From: Eledone cirrhosa
Lineage: Eukaryota
DNA: 64,000 nt
Direction: 5' to 3'
Assembly: GCA_964016885.1 (NCBI GenBank)
Contig: OZ024760.1
Coordinates: forward strand, 4,154,001-4,218,000
Shown piece after piece: positions 1 to 12,419 of this stretch. A program made the position numbers and the translations under genes. Positions within the stretch are counted from its first letter, which is position 1, and every line of letters starts with the position of its first letter. Under the pieces are notes generated by a model, which was not told the origin of the DNA, ran no database searches, and saw only the letters and a list, made by a program, of their open reading frames with translations.

Positions 1-19
1 TTATATTAAACAAAAAAAG

Positions 20-173
20 TTCATTATTTAACGATCGTTTCTAGGATATATATGTGTTAGAGTTGGCATGCATATTCAACAGATCTATGTACAAAATTAT
101 ACAAAATTATACAAACTATCAAGATTAAATATACATACCAACACATATATACGCCGTCTTCAGAAATAATGAA
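20..173 (-). ncRNA. Type I hammerhead ribozyme in PLE 3' pLTR (long stem II)
   Basis: uucauuauuu-CUGAAGA-[115 nt stem II]-GAAA-cgaucg-UU-aaauaaugaa; 10-bp perfect stem I, palindromic stem III. Confidence 0.8.
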
Positions 174-814
174 ATATATTTATTGATAATAACAACAATT
201 CAAACTTTCAGGTCCGTTTGGGAACAAAATTGACCAATGAAAATACAAAAAGGTTTAATGCAGTTCGGTGTGTGTATATACATGTAACAACCCTTACACA
301 TATTTTACAAAAATGTATGCATAACCTGTATACGCATACAAAAAGGATGGATGCAAATACAAAATTTCAAGGTTAATGTCTCTGTAAGTTTATAATACAC
401 AGATAAGATGCGTATAGATACATAAATATGAAATAAGTGTATACACATATTTTCATACTAACACATATCCGTACAATCACACATACACGCGCGTATATGC
501 ATAAACATACACATAAACTACGAACATACAAACACACACACACCCCCACTCACATATATATATGTGGATATAAAATCCTAAGCACATGGATATTAATTCA
601 CTCACATAAACACTGGCACACACATTTAGATAAAGATACAGAAATTAGGTGGGAGGGGGGGGAGAGAGGTCAGTATTCAACGGTTTGGGCTGACTGCTTA
701 ATATAGATGTATCTATAAACTAAGAAAATAAAAAATAATAAATAATAAATAAACATTAAAAAGGAAAGAAAAGAAAAAGAAAAAAGAAAAAAGAAAAAAG
801 AAATATATCAAGAA

Positions 815-876
<62 letters not shown>

Positions 877-973
877 TATACATACACACACACACACACA
901 TATATATACATACACATATACAAACACATACATACATATACACACATACACATAAATACACATATATATATAT

Positions 974-1024
<51 letters not shown>

Positions 1025-1474
1025 CACTCATACATACACATATAATCACACATACTATATAGACACACATATATATACACTCATACACACACATATACAT
1101 ACACTTACATACATATATACATACAGATATACACATACATACCTATATATACACACAAATACATACAGACATATATACATACATACAGACAAATACTTAC
1201 GCATCTATATATCGGTATATACATACAAACACCACTACACTCTCACACAACTCAGACATACAAAGAAAAAGGTATATACCCATACACACATACACATACA
1301 TACACATACATACATGTACACACACATAGATATATATACACACATACACACATACACATACATATATAGTCATACACACACATACACCTACACGAACATA
1401 CACATACACATATACAAAGATATATATACACACATACACACACATACACACATATATATATATAAAAAAAATAA

Positions 1475-1539
<65 letters not shown>

Positions 1540-1874
1540 CATACACATACATACACACATACATAGACATATATGTACATACATACATATACATAGATAC
1601 ATACACACACATACATACATATATATATATATACACACATAGACATATACATACATACACACACAACATACATACACACATATATACTCATACATAGAAT
1701 TAGATATATAATCATACATACATACGCACTTACATATACTCATATATACAAATACAAACGCATCCATATATGCGTATATACATAGAAACGCCACTACACC
1801 CTCACCCAACTCAGACATCCAAAGAAAAAGGCATATACATATACATATATACACGCATTAATAGAGATATATAT

Positions 1875-1920
<46 letters not shown>

Positions 1921-2020
1921 ACTTATATACATATACCCACACACACATACAACCATAAATACACATACAAACACCCACATATATATATATATACACACAC
2001 ATAAAAAACAGACATGCACA

Positions 2021-2054
<34 letters not shown>

Positions 2055-2185
2055 TTTTTTACACATATATATACACACATATATATACATATACACACCC
2101 TCACATATACACACATACACATAAGTTATATTATAATAATAAATAATATATATATATATACACATACATATATATATACATATAC

Positions 2186-2217
<32 letters not shown>

Positions 2218-2479
2218 GAATATAGACATATATACACACACAGATATACATACATATACATATACACACATACATATACACACACACACACATACACATT
2301 CACATATATATGTGTGTGCACACACACATATATATACATACACACATATACACATAAACACATATATGTGTATACATGCACACACACACATATATCCACA
2401 TAGATGCGAAGATAGACATATAAATAGAGAGACATACATATATATACACACACACATATACACACATACATACACACAC

Positions 2480-2537
<58 letters not shown>

Positions 2538-3309
2538 ATATACATACATATATATACACATACAGACACACACATACACATATATATACACATGCATACT
2601 TACACATATACACATACATACACGCACATATATATACACACACATCCTTACATTCTTATTTGCATGCGCATATATGTATTTTTATATTCAGATATAAATA
2701 CGCAAATATATATACACCTACCTACATATATATATTCATACATACACGCTTACAAACACAGATGATAATAGTATGGGGGAAAGGGGGGGGGTTGGAGAAG
2801 GGGATTATAGTAAATATATGTTTCAAGAAACATATAATATTATCCGTATCTAGATCCAATGTATGTTTTTACATAGTATCAGTGTTAGGAAATACAATAA
2901 ACTAGAAATAAGGCAAAATTTATGCATTTCAAAATAAATAAGTATACCATTAATTATATGTTAACTAAACTAAAGATAGTTAACATATTGATTTCTAAGG
3001 TGTAAATTAGTTAGTTTTATAATATTTGAAGCAGAGTTTTGAAGTTAAATAGTAGTAGAGTATTAATTATAGTATAACTAAATTAAAGTTAATAACGTTA
3101 TGGTATCAATATTAGGAAATGAATTTAGTAATAGGGAAAAAACAAATAAAGTATTACATCGGTAGTAGAATATAAATTATAGGTTAATTAAATTAAAAAT
3201 TATATATTTATTTCTATAGTATATGTTAATTAGGTATATAATAAATAAAACAGATATTGTATTTTATCAATAGCAGAATATAATTATATGCAAATAGAAA
3301 TCAAAATTA

Positions 3310-3340
<31 letters not shown>

Positions 3341-3890
3341 CACATATATATATACATATATATACATATATATACACACATATATACACATATACATACG
3401 CACACACATACACATACACATATACATATACATATTTTTTCAAAAATTGCAAAGAATATATTAACTAGGTATAAATCCAAAACACATCCCATTCTATGAT
3501 TACATGACATTCTGCAATTCGTCTGTATAAGGATATTAATTTTAAGCCAATTAAATTAAATTTTTAGGTTGATTAAAATTAAAACCAAATTATAAATATA
3601 TTTCTAAAATGTATATTAATTAGGTCTATAATACTAAAAATTATTTCTCTGTCATTGGATACACGATATTTTGTTATATTTTATCTGTAAAAGAATTATA
3701 ATAAAAGGTTTAAATAAATTAAAATTAATCTATAAATTAAATTACTAAGTATATATTAGTAATATTTAAAGGTTTTTCACAATTTATGATTACATAATAT
3801 TTTATATTCTCATCTGTAATAGAATTTTAATTAAATTAAATTTATAGGTTAACTAACATTTAAATTAAATTAATTTCTAAAATAATGTTA

Positions 3891-5755
3891 TTAATTAGGT
3901 TTATAATATTTAAATGTTTTTTTTAGTTTATGATTACACGATATAATTAATTCCTGTCGTTTATTTAATAGGATATCCTTAGATTTCATTATTTCAAATA
4001 GTTCTTGGGAACATAATCTACATTCATTTCTATTATTTTGATAAGGGGTGGCTCTTTTGAGCACACTCCAGGTCAAATCATATTCTATATTCTTATTTTT
4101 ATAACTATTGATTTTTTCTGCTAGAGATGTTGTATTAGCCAGTGCGGCATTTTTAAAACTATGCTTGTGGGTATTAAACCTTGTCTTAAAATTGTTAGAG
4201 GTAGCTCCTATATATGAGCAAATAGAATCTTTAGTTTTAACATTACATTTATAGACTATGTTGTTAACAAGACAATTCCCTTTTAATGGGCAGTTTGCTT
4301 TGTTTCTACAGTTACAACCTTTCGTTAATTCTGTATTTGAGGAGATATTATGGTTAATTTGATGTACTGGTGGTATACTTATGGTTTTCTTACATTTATA
4401 TGCATTATAGGCACTTATATTTTGTTTTATGTTATTTGTTGTAGAGTATGAGAATTTAACTGTAGACCTATTTAAGATTTGATGGTATTTGTGGTTTGGC
4501 GGGAAGTTTTTCTCTAGGATATAAAAAAATTTTTTAGCAATATTACCCTTAATTTGTAAATTAAATGGAGCATTATACCAAGTAACCCGTCTATTACGGT
4601 TTCTATGTTGTTTATTATTTTTATTATTTTTATAGGTTGTATCATGATTTTTACTAGGAGGATTAATGTTAATGATCTCACCACAACCATTTTTAGTTAT
4701 ATTTGTAGATTTAGGTGTTTTATCCTTTTTATTAGGAGTTTTATTATTAATATTTATTAGAGTTGTATGATAAGTAGTTTTTTGAGAGTTACTATACTTT
4801 ATATTAGAAGATTTGGTATTTTGGGGTATATTGTGGGTGGCATTTAGGTGTGTACTTTTCATTTGGTATTTGTTGGTAATATTAGGTTGTATGCTTTCAG
4901 TATTTTTAGTAGAAGGTATATATTCTAATCTATTTTTGTGGCCACTTCTATCTAGAGCTTCGTTATAGAAGGTCGCATTTTTATCAAATACATCTTGGTT
5001 AGAAGAAAGGTTAGAAATTCTAAGTGATATATTATATGCAAGGTTTTTAAGGATAGATTTAGGGTGATTAGATTGTGAGTGTATGTAATGTAAGTTTTGG
5101 TTTGGTTTATGGTAAGGTTGGTAGATACCCGTAGCTAAATCTAAAGTTATATCTAGGAAATTTACTACTTTACTTGTTTTTTCAAAAGTAATATTAAGAT
5201 TATAATAGTCTTTAAGGAAAGTTCTAATATGTTTTTTGTTTTTTTCAATTTCTGAAAGGCTAAGGTTGTTAGAAAGAAGAAGACAGTCATCACGATATAA
5301 ACCACCTTTGAGGTGGGGAAAGGAGGCATTTATGTTGAAAAGGAGAAAGAGGCCCACAAGATCAGTAATTTGGGCGGAATCGCTTGAACCCATAGTAATA
5401 TCAAAAAGATTACTATATGTGTTTCTGGTCCAGTATTCATTCTGAAATTCAATAAGTGTTAGTCTAGCATGTGTAATAATATTAATGTCATCCAAAGTTA
5501 AGTTAGATCTATTTTTAGCAAATATCAATGCTTTGTTCAGGAGTATAGGTGATATAGAAGAATAGTAATTATCTATATCAAATTGTAGAAATGAAGCAGA
5601 AGATTTACATCTAATATTTTTAAACCAGTTAATTACCTGGGAGGTGTTTTCCCAGAGTGGTAAAATAACGTGTTTTCTTATTTGTGGGATGACTCTATCC
5701 AAAATTTTTTTGCTAATTATTCCAATATCTGATTTGGAGGGACATATAAGTCTAA
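3891..5755 (-). CDS. PLE reverse transcriptase + C-terminal GIY-YIG endonuclease (N-terminus missing)
   Basis: FDIDNYYSSI, TMGSSDSAQITDLVG, GLYRDD, FLDITLDL, WYNAPF, CNCRxxxxCPLxGxC, NIVY...YIG; no stops; first ~47 aa of the called ORF come from the inverted pLTR. Confidence 0.9.
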
Positions 5756-5941
5756 TATTTGCATCCATCCTTTTTGTATGCGTATACAGGTTATGCATAC
5801 ATTTTTGTAAAATATGTGTAAGGGTTGTTACATGTATATACACACACCGAACTGCATTAAACCTTTTTGTATTTTCATTGGTCAATTTTGTTCCCAAACG
5901 GACCTGAAAGTTTGAATTGTTGTTATTATCAATAAATATAT

Positions 5942-6095
5942 TTCATTATTTCTGAAGACGGCGTATATATGTGTTGGTATGTATATTTAATCTTGATAGT
6001 TTGTATAATTTTGTATAATTTTGTACATAGATCTGTTGAATATGCATGCCAACTCTAACACATATATATCCTAGAAACGATCGTTAAATAATGAA
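5942..6095 (+). ncRNA. Identical hammerhead ribozyme copy in the inverted pLTR
   Basis: CTGAAGA 5952-5958, GAAA 6074-6077, predicted cleavage after GUU at 6085. Confidence 0.8.
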
Positions 6096-6140
6096 CTTTT
6101 TTTGTTTAATATAAGGAATTGTTTATTCATTATTTGTTTA

Positions 6141-6204
<64 letters not shown>

Positions 6205-6250
6205 CACACATACATACATACAAATACGATGTTCGATGTTATGCACACAT

Positions 6251-6284
<34 letters not shown>

Positions 6285-6319
6285 CTAAGAACAATAACAA
6301 TAACGAAGTATATTTATAC

Positions 6320-6406
6320 CTGGGTACCATTCTCGGATGAGACATTCCAAACCTTTCACAATCTTCTCCCTGTCTTCAGTACTCCAATCTGTTGGACCAA
6401 GGTCTT
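6320..6406 (-). CDS. TUT4/TUT7: TUT4/7-like coding exon 12 (start of catalytic NTD2); gene continues beyond window start
   Basis: ttcacag|..DLGPTDWSTEDREKIVKGLECLIREWYP|gtataa, 87 nt, cf. NREQILIGLEKFIQKEY. Confidence 0.85.
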
Positions 6407-6614
6407 CTGTGAAACACAATTTTACAAGGAACAGATGAGTAAATCCATGAACAGTTGGTCCATAAATAGTAAACTGTGGTGGTATTTTAACTGTATGTAT
6501 GGACTCAGGGGTGTTGTTGTGACATACAACATGTCTTGGGCATTCGTAAACTTGACGGAGCTCATTCCCTCTACAGGTCTGAATACAGCCGATTTCTTCC
6601 AGATAAAATGATAC

Positions 6615-6830
6615 TGCTGGTACCACAATATAGCACTCAGTTTGCCCTGTAAAGCGATAGTGCTGGTGCCATGTCAAAAAGCACCCAGTCCACCTTGTAA
6701 GGTTATAGTGCTGGTGCCATGACAAAAAGCACCCAGTCCACCTTGTAAGGTTATAGTGCTGGTGCCATGACAAAAAACACCCAGTCTACTTTGTAAGGTT
6801 GAAGTGCTGGTGCTATGACATAAATCACAT
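6615..6830. repeat. 48-bp tandem repeat, ~4.5 copies, derived from a SINE/RTE-tail motif
   Basis: Unit gtgctggtgccatgacaaaaagcacccagtccaccttgtaaggttata; the aaaaagcacccag motif recurs in dispersed repeats. Confidence 0.8.
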
Positions 6831-6924
6831 ATGAGATAAAGTGTTTACCACAGAAATACAATAGTAAATATAGAGTAAAGTAAATGCCAAAGGATTAAAT
6901 ATAAAAAGGATAAGTAAGACTTAC

Positions 6925-7072
6925 TTGGTATCTGCATGAGCATTTCATTCAAGAACTTCAAACTTTCCTCCGTCATTGGTGGTAATGGTAATAAGGGAGG
7001 TAAGTTTTCTTCGGGGCAGTTGTTCTTCAAGTGCCCTTCTTTTTCGCAGATGCTGCACACCTTTGCTGGTCC
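6925..7072 (-). CDS. TUT4/TUT7: TUT4/7-like coding exon 11, CCHC zinc knuckle
   Basis: CSICEKEGHLKNNCPEENLPPLLPLPPMT, cf. TUT4 CSICKKDGHSKNDCPEDF...LPPMT; 148 nt. Confidence 0.93.
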
Positions 7073-7142
7073 CTAATGTGGTTACATGTAGAAACAAAAA
7101 ATAATATTAGGGAGCTGAGGTTGAGAAAGAGAACATCCCCCC

Positions 7143-9630
7143 TAACAACAATATGAGCAACAGCTACGATAACAACAATGACAACAACAACAGTAACAAC
7201 AACTATGACCACAGTAACGACAACAACAGCAACAACAACTACAATAGTAATACCAACAGCAGCAATAACAACAACAATACTACCAACAACAGTAACACAA
7301 CCAACAACAACAGTAACACAACCACCACCAACAACAACAGTAACAATACCAACAATACCAACAACTACAACAGTAACAATACCAACAGCTACAACAGTAA
7401 CAACACCAACAACAGCAATAACAACAACAACAACAACAGTAACAACACCAACAGTAACAATACCAACAACAGCAATAACAATAAGAACAACAGTAACAAC
7501 ACCAACAACAATAACAACAACAAGAACTACAACAATAACAACATCAACAACAAGAACTACAACAGTAACAGCACCAACAACAATAACAACACCAACGACA
7601 AGAACTACAACAGTAACAACACCAACAACAAGAACTACAACAGTAACAACACCAACAACAAGAACTACACCAACGACAAGAACTACAACAGTAACAACAC
7701 CAACAACAAGAACTACAACAGTAACAACACCAACGACAAGAACTACAACAGTAACAACACCAACAACAAGAACTACAACAGTAACAACACCAACAACAAT
7801 AACAACGCCAACGACAAGAACTACAACAGTAACAACACCAACAACAAGAACTACAACAGTAACAACACCAACAACAATAACAACGCCAACGACAAGAACT
7901 ACAACAGTAACAACACCAACGACAAGAACTACAACAGTAACAACATCAACAACAAGAACTACAACAGTAACAACACCAACAACAATAACAACGCCAACGA
8001 CAAGAACTACAACAGTAACAACACCAACAACAAGAACTACAACAGTAACAACATCAACAACAAGAACTACAACAGTAACAACACCAACAACAAGAACTAC
8101 AACAGTAACAACACCAACAACAATAACAACGCCAACGACAAGAACTACAACAGTAACAACATCAACAACAAGAACTACAACAATAACAACACCAACAACA
8201 ATAACAACACCAACGACAAGAACTACAACAGTAACAACACCAACAACAAGAACTACAACAGTAACAACATCAACAACAAGAACTACAACAGTAACAACAC
8301 CAACAACAATAACAACACCAACGACAAGAACTACAACAGTAACAACACCAATGACAAGAACTACAACAGTAACAACATCAACAACAAGAACTACAACAGT
8401 AACAACACCAACAACACCAACGACAAGAACTACAACAGTAACAACACCAACAACAAGAACTACAACAGTAACAACACCAACAACACCAACGACAAGAACT
8501 ACAACAGTAACAACACCAACAACAAGAACTACAACAGTAACAACACCAACGACAAGAACTACAACAGTAACAACACCAACGACAACACCTACAACAGTAA
8601 CAACACCAACAACAAGAACTACAACAGTAACAACACCAACGACAAGAACTACAACAGTAACAACACCAACAACAAGAACTACAACAGTAACAACACCAAC
8701 AACAAGAACTACAACAGTAACAACACCAACGACAAGAACTACAACAGTAACAACACCAACAAGAACTACAACAGTAACAACACCAACAACAAGAACTACA
8801 ACAGTAACAACACCAACGACAAGAACTACAACAGTAACAACACCAACAACAAGAACTACAACAGTAACAACACCAACGACAAGAACTACAACAGTAACAA
8901 CACCAACGACAAGAACTACAACAGTAACAACACCAACGACAAGAACTACAACAGTAACAACACCAACGACAAGAACTACAACAGTAACAACACCAACAAC
9001 AAGAACTACAACAGTAACACCAACGACAAGAACTACAACAGTAACAACACCAACGACAAGAACTACAACAGTAACAACACCAACGACAAGAACTACAACA
9101 GTAACAACACCAACAACAAGAACTACAACAGTAACAACACCAACAACAAGAACTACAACAGTAACAACACCAACGACAAGAACTACAACAGTAACAACAC
9201 CAACGACAAGAACTACAACAGTAACAACACCAACAACAAGAACTACAACAGTAACAACACCAACGACAAGAACTACAACAGTAACAACATCAACAACAAG
9301 AACTACAACAGTAACAACACCAACGACAAGAACTACAACAGTAACAACACCAACGACAAGAACTACAACAGTAACAACACCAACGACAAGAACTACAACA
9401 GTAACAACACCAACAACAAGAACTACAACAGTAACAACACCAACGACAAGAACTACAACAGTAACACCAACGACAAGAACTACAACAGTAACAACACCAA
9501 CGACAAGAACTACAACAGTAACAACACCAACGACAAGAACTACAACAGTAACAACACCAACAACAAGAACTACAACAGTAACAACACCAACGACAAGAAC
9601 TACAACAGTAACAACACCAACAACAAGAAC
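7143..9630. repeat. Intronic 30-bp minisatellite built on an (AAC)n background
   Basis: Unit aagaactacaacagtaacaacaccaac(g/a)ac, tens of copies with 27-bp and other variants; degenerate toward 7150. Confidence 0.95.
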
Positions 9631-9657
9631 CAAACCAAAACAAAACGTGACACTCAC

Positions 9658-10430
9658 CTTTCCATCAGACAAGTTCTCAAAGGAGTAAACATAACCACAG
9701 CCGTCTTTAGGGCGAGACCGTTTTGAAGGGGCACTTGTTTCCTGTGAAGAGTCACTGCTGTCCCCATCATCATCATCATCATCATCATCATCTGAGGATA
9801 ATTCTCGGCCAGCTGGCTCAGGTGAAGAGCCACTGCTGTTTCCCCTGTCACCACCATCAACATCTGAAGAGGAGGCCGAGGAGGAGGTGGAAGTAGATTC
9901 TCCTCCAGCCTGCTCAGATGTTTCGGGTGAGCCATTTGTCTGGGTGGGTTGCTGCTGCACCGGTTTCTGGGTATTATCTACCGACATTACATTGTCACCA
10001 GAGCCCTTCGAAGGAGAATGTGTTGGCGATTCATCAGATGTTGGAGTGTTATGGTTGGGATCCTTGTTGGAGGTCGACCCATCGACCTGTGTTTTTACTG
10101 TTGCCTCAATTGCTGCTGCGGTTGATTTTGATTTTGTTGTTGCTTTGGATGTAGTTTTTGCTGTCCCTGTGGTAGTTGCTGATGTTGTTTTTGCTGTCTC
10201 TGTGGTTATTGTTGATGATGCTGTTGCTGTTGTTGTTGTTGATGATATTGTTTTTGATGACTCCACTGAATTTGTTTCATTGTTGTCTGTCTTTGGACTG
10301 TTTTGGGATTTCTTTGAAGTTGGTGGGAAACCAAAGTAGAGACATGTCTTCACAAGACAATCTTGGAAGTATTCAAATATCTTCTTTCCACTCACAGACC
10401 TCGCAATGTTTCGCTTCGTAGAGAATGGGT
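9658..10430 (-). CDS. TUT4/TUT7: TUT4/7-like coding exon 10 (DPFSTKRNIARS, then S/T/D-rich linker)
   Basis: tttag|AC completes DPF; 773 nt ending ENLSDGK|gtgagt. Confidence 0.9.
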
Positions 10431-11425
10431 CTAAATAAAGAAAAGTTTTCTTTTTATTTTAAATTCGAATTACAATCAATGTTAAATATAACTGATTTCA
10501 ATATAACCCTTTAGTATTTAAACCGGCCATATCCAGCCAGAATTCCCTCACCTCTTTCTGTTCAAACCAGTCGTAACCAGCTGCTCATACTTGAGTTAAG
10601 GTATTGTTCTCAACATAATTAATTGTTTCTACTTTTGGCACAAGGCCAGCAATTACCCAGTACATTACTGGTACTTTATTTTGTCGACCCCGTAAGGATG
10701 AAAGGCAAAGTTAACCTCGGCGGGATTTGAACTCAGAATGGCAAGGGCTGTAACTCTATACGTCAAAGCATGGCGCCCGACCCTCTACCGACACTGCCAA
10801 TCCACCGCCCTATGTTCTCAACATAAATAATATCAAAGAGAATGGGTCTAAATAAAGAAAAGTTTTCTTTTCATTTTAAATTTAAATTACAATGTTAAAT
10901 ATTACTGATTTCAATTTAAATAAAGAAAAGATTTCTTGTTTTTTTTAAATTTCAAATTGCAATCAATATTAACCCTTTAGCATTTAAACCGGCCATATCC
11001 AGCCAGAATTCTCTCACCTCTTTCTGTTCAAACCGGTCATAACCAGCTACTCATACTGATGTTAAGGTATTGTTCTCAACATATCAGTATTGTTCTCAAC
11101 AATATCAAAATCTCATAGATTCAATATTATTTGAGATAAAGCCATTACCGTGAAAATACAATAGTAAATTTAGAGTAATGTAAATCAGGGTTTACTTAGG
11201 CTAAATACACACCTTTAGAGCCCAAACCTACTTCTAACAGCTCAGCTATTCACATCATTTACCTGCGTCCAGAATACCTTTACTTCCAATAATGAACCAC
11301 ACCTATAGAGATATACTATCATCAAAAGCACCACCAACACTACCACTACAACTGTCACCAACACCATTGCCACCGCCACTATCACAACAACCACCACCAT
11401 TACTATTACCACTAGCACCACATAC

Positions 11426-11597
11426 CTTCAATGGCAAGTCGCTTGGTCTTCCAGTTCTTTGCCACCCGTGTTAACTTGTTCTCGTAGTTGATAGAGATAA
11501 CAGTACTGGAACTGTCAAAACCCTGGCAGTAAAACTTCAACATCTCCAACCATAATTCACCAACATTTAATACATTCTTCGCTGGATAGGTTAATGC
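11426..11597 (-). CDS. TUT4/TUT7: TUT4/7-like coding exon 9, PAP-associated domain
   Basis: NVGELWLEMLKFY...VISI...NWKTKRLAIE, cf. SLGQLWLELLKFY...NWPKRRIAIEDPF; 172 nt. Confidence 0.93.
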
Positions 11598-11689
11598 CTG
11601 AAGAGAAGAGAAGAAAATAACACATGAATGGAAGGATTAACTGGAGAGAGAAGTTAAAGACAGTGCACTGGTCATTATATATATATATA

Positions 11690-11878
11690 GGCGGTGGATT
11701 GGCAGTATCGGTAGAGAGTCGGACGCCATGCTTTCCAGCATAGTTACGTCCCTTTACGATCTGAGTTCAAATCCCGCCAAGGTTGACTTTGCCTTTCATC
11801 CTTACAGGGTCGATAAAATAAAGTACCAGTAATGCACTGGGTAATTGCTGGCCTTGTGCCTAAAGTAGAAACAATTAT
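11690..11878 (+). mobile_element. tRNA-derived SINE (MetaSINE-like core), representative copy
   Basis: A box tggcagtatcgg, B box gagttcaaatcc, core gcctttcatcc...gtcgataaaataagtaccag; other copies near 10620, 19020, 19840, 25350, 39200, 43525, 47200, 48670, 56750. Confidence 0.8.
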
Positions 11879-12419
11879 ATATATATATATAAAATAAAGT
11901 ACCCGTAATACACTGGGCGATTGCTGGCCTTGTGCCTAACGTAGAAACAATTATATATATATATATATACATACATACAAACATATATATATATATATGC
12001 ACAGACATAGACGCACTCATATATACATACACACAAACATACATACAAACATATATATATATATATGCACATATATAGACGCACTCATATATACATAGAC
12101 GCACACATGTTACATACACACACTTATATATATATATATACACTCACACTCATAACTCTCATGCTTCCCGAAATTCGCCAAAACTACACTTGATGTCCCC
12201 CTTCCATACACATGCACACATGTGTATATCATGACTCATGCACTGTTCATTTTCCTGAGGTTTGTACATTACCCTATGTACTATACATACACTTTTGAGT
12301 TGTAATGCACCCGACACTGTACACAATATTTTCATTATTATTATTATATATATATACGCACACACACATACAGACACACTCGTATATATATATATATACA
12401 CACACACATATATAATATA

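Larger units (their letters stand above)
1..6150 (-). mobile_element. Penelope-like retroelement (Naiad-like), 5'-truncated, with inverted pseudo-LTR
   Basis: RT+GIY-YIG ORF; 1-359 is an exact reverse complement of 5756-6114; right end abuts (TA)n; left end outside window. Confidence 0.85.

Noticed and set aside
437-3510. Many Y/I/C/V/H/T-rich ORFs here and throughout the window
   Set aside because: Translations of (TA)n/(CA)n microsatellites with no coding signal.
5990-6035. Possible SECIS in the long hammerhead stem II (some Naiad PLEs encode selenoproteins)
   Set aside because: No AUGA quartet with a good helix, and no in-frame TGA in the visible ORF.
7027-10395. 1122-aa poly-Val ORF and 836/857-aa mucin-like ORFs
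   Set aside because: Exon 10 read-through into a minisatellite; a strong donor at 9657 joins in frame to the CCHC exon.
11690-11780. tRNA genes
   Set aside because: A/B boxes are SINE heads; no complete cloverleaf.
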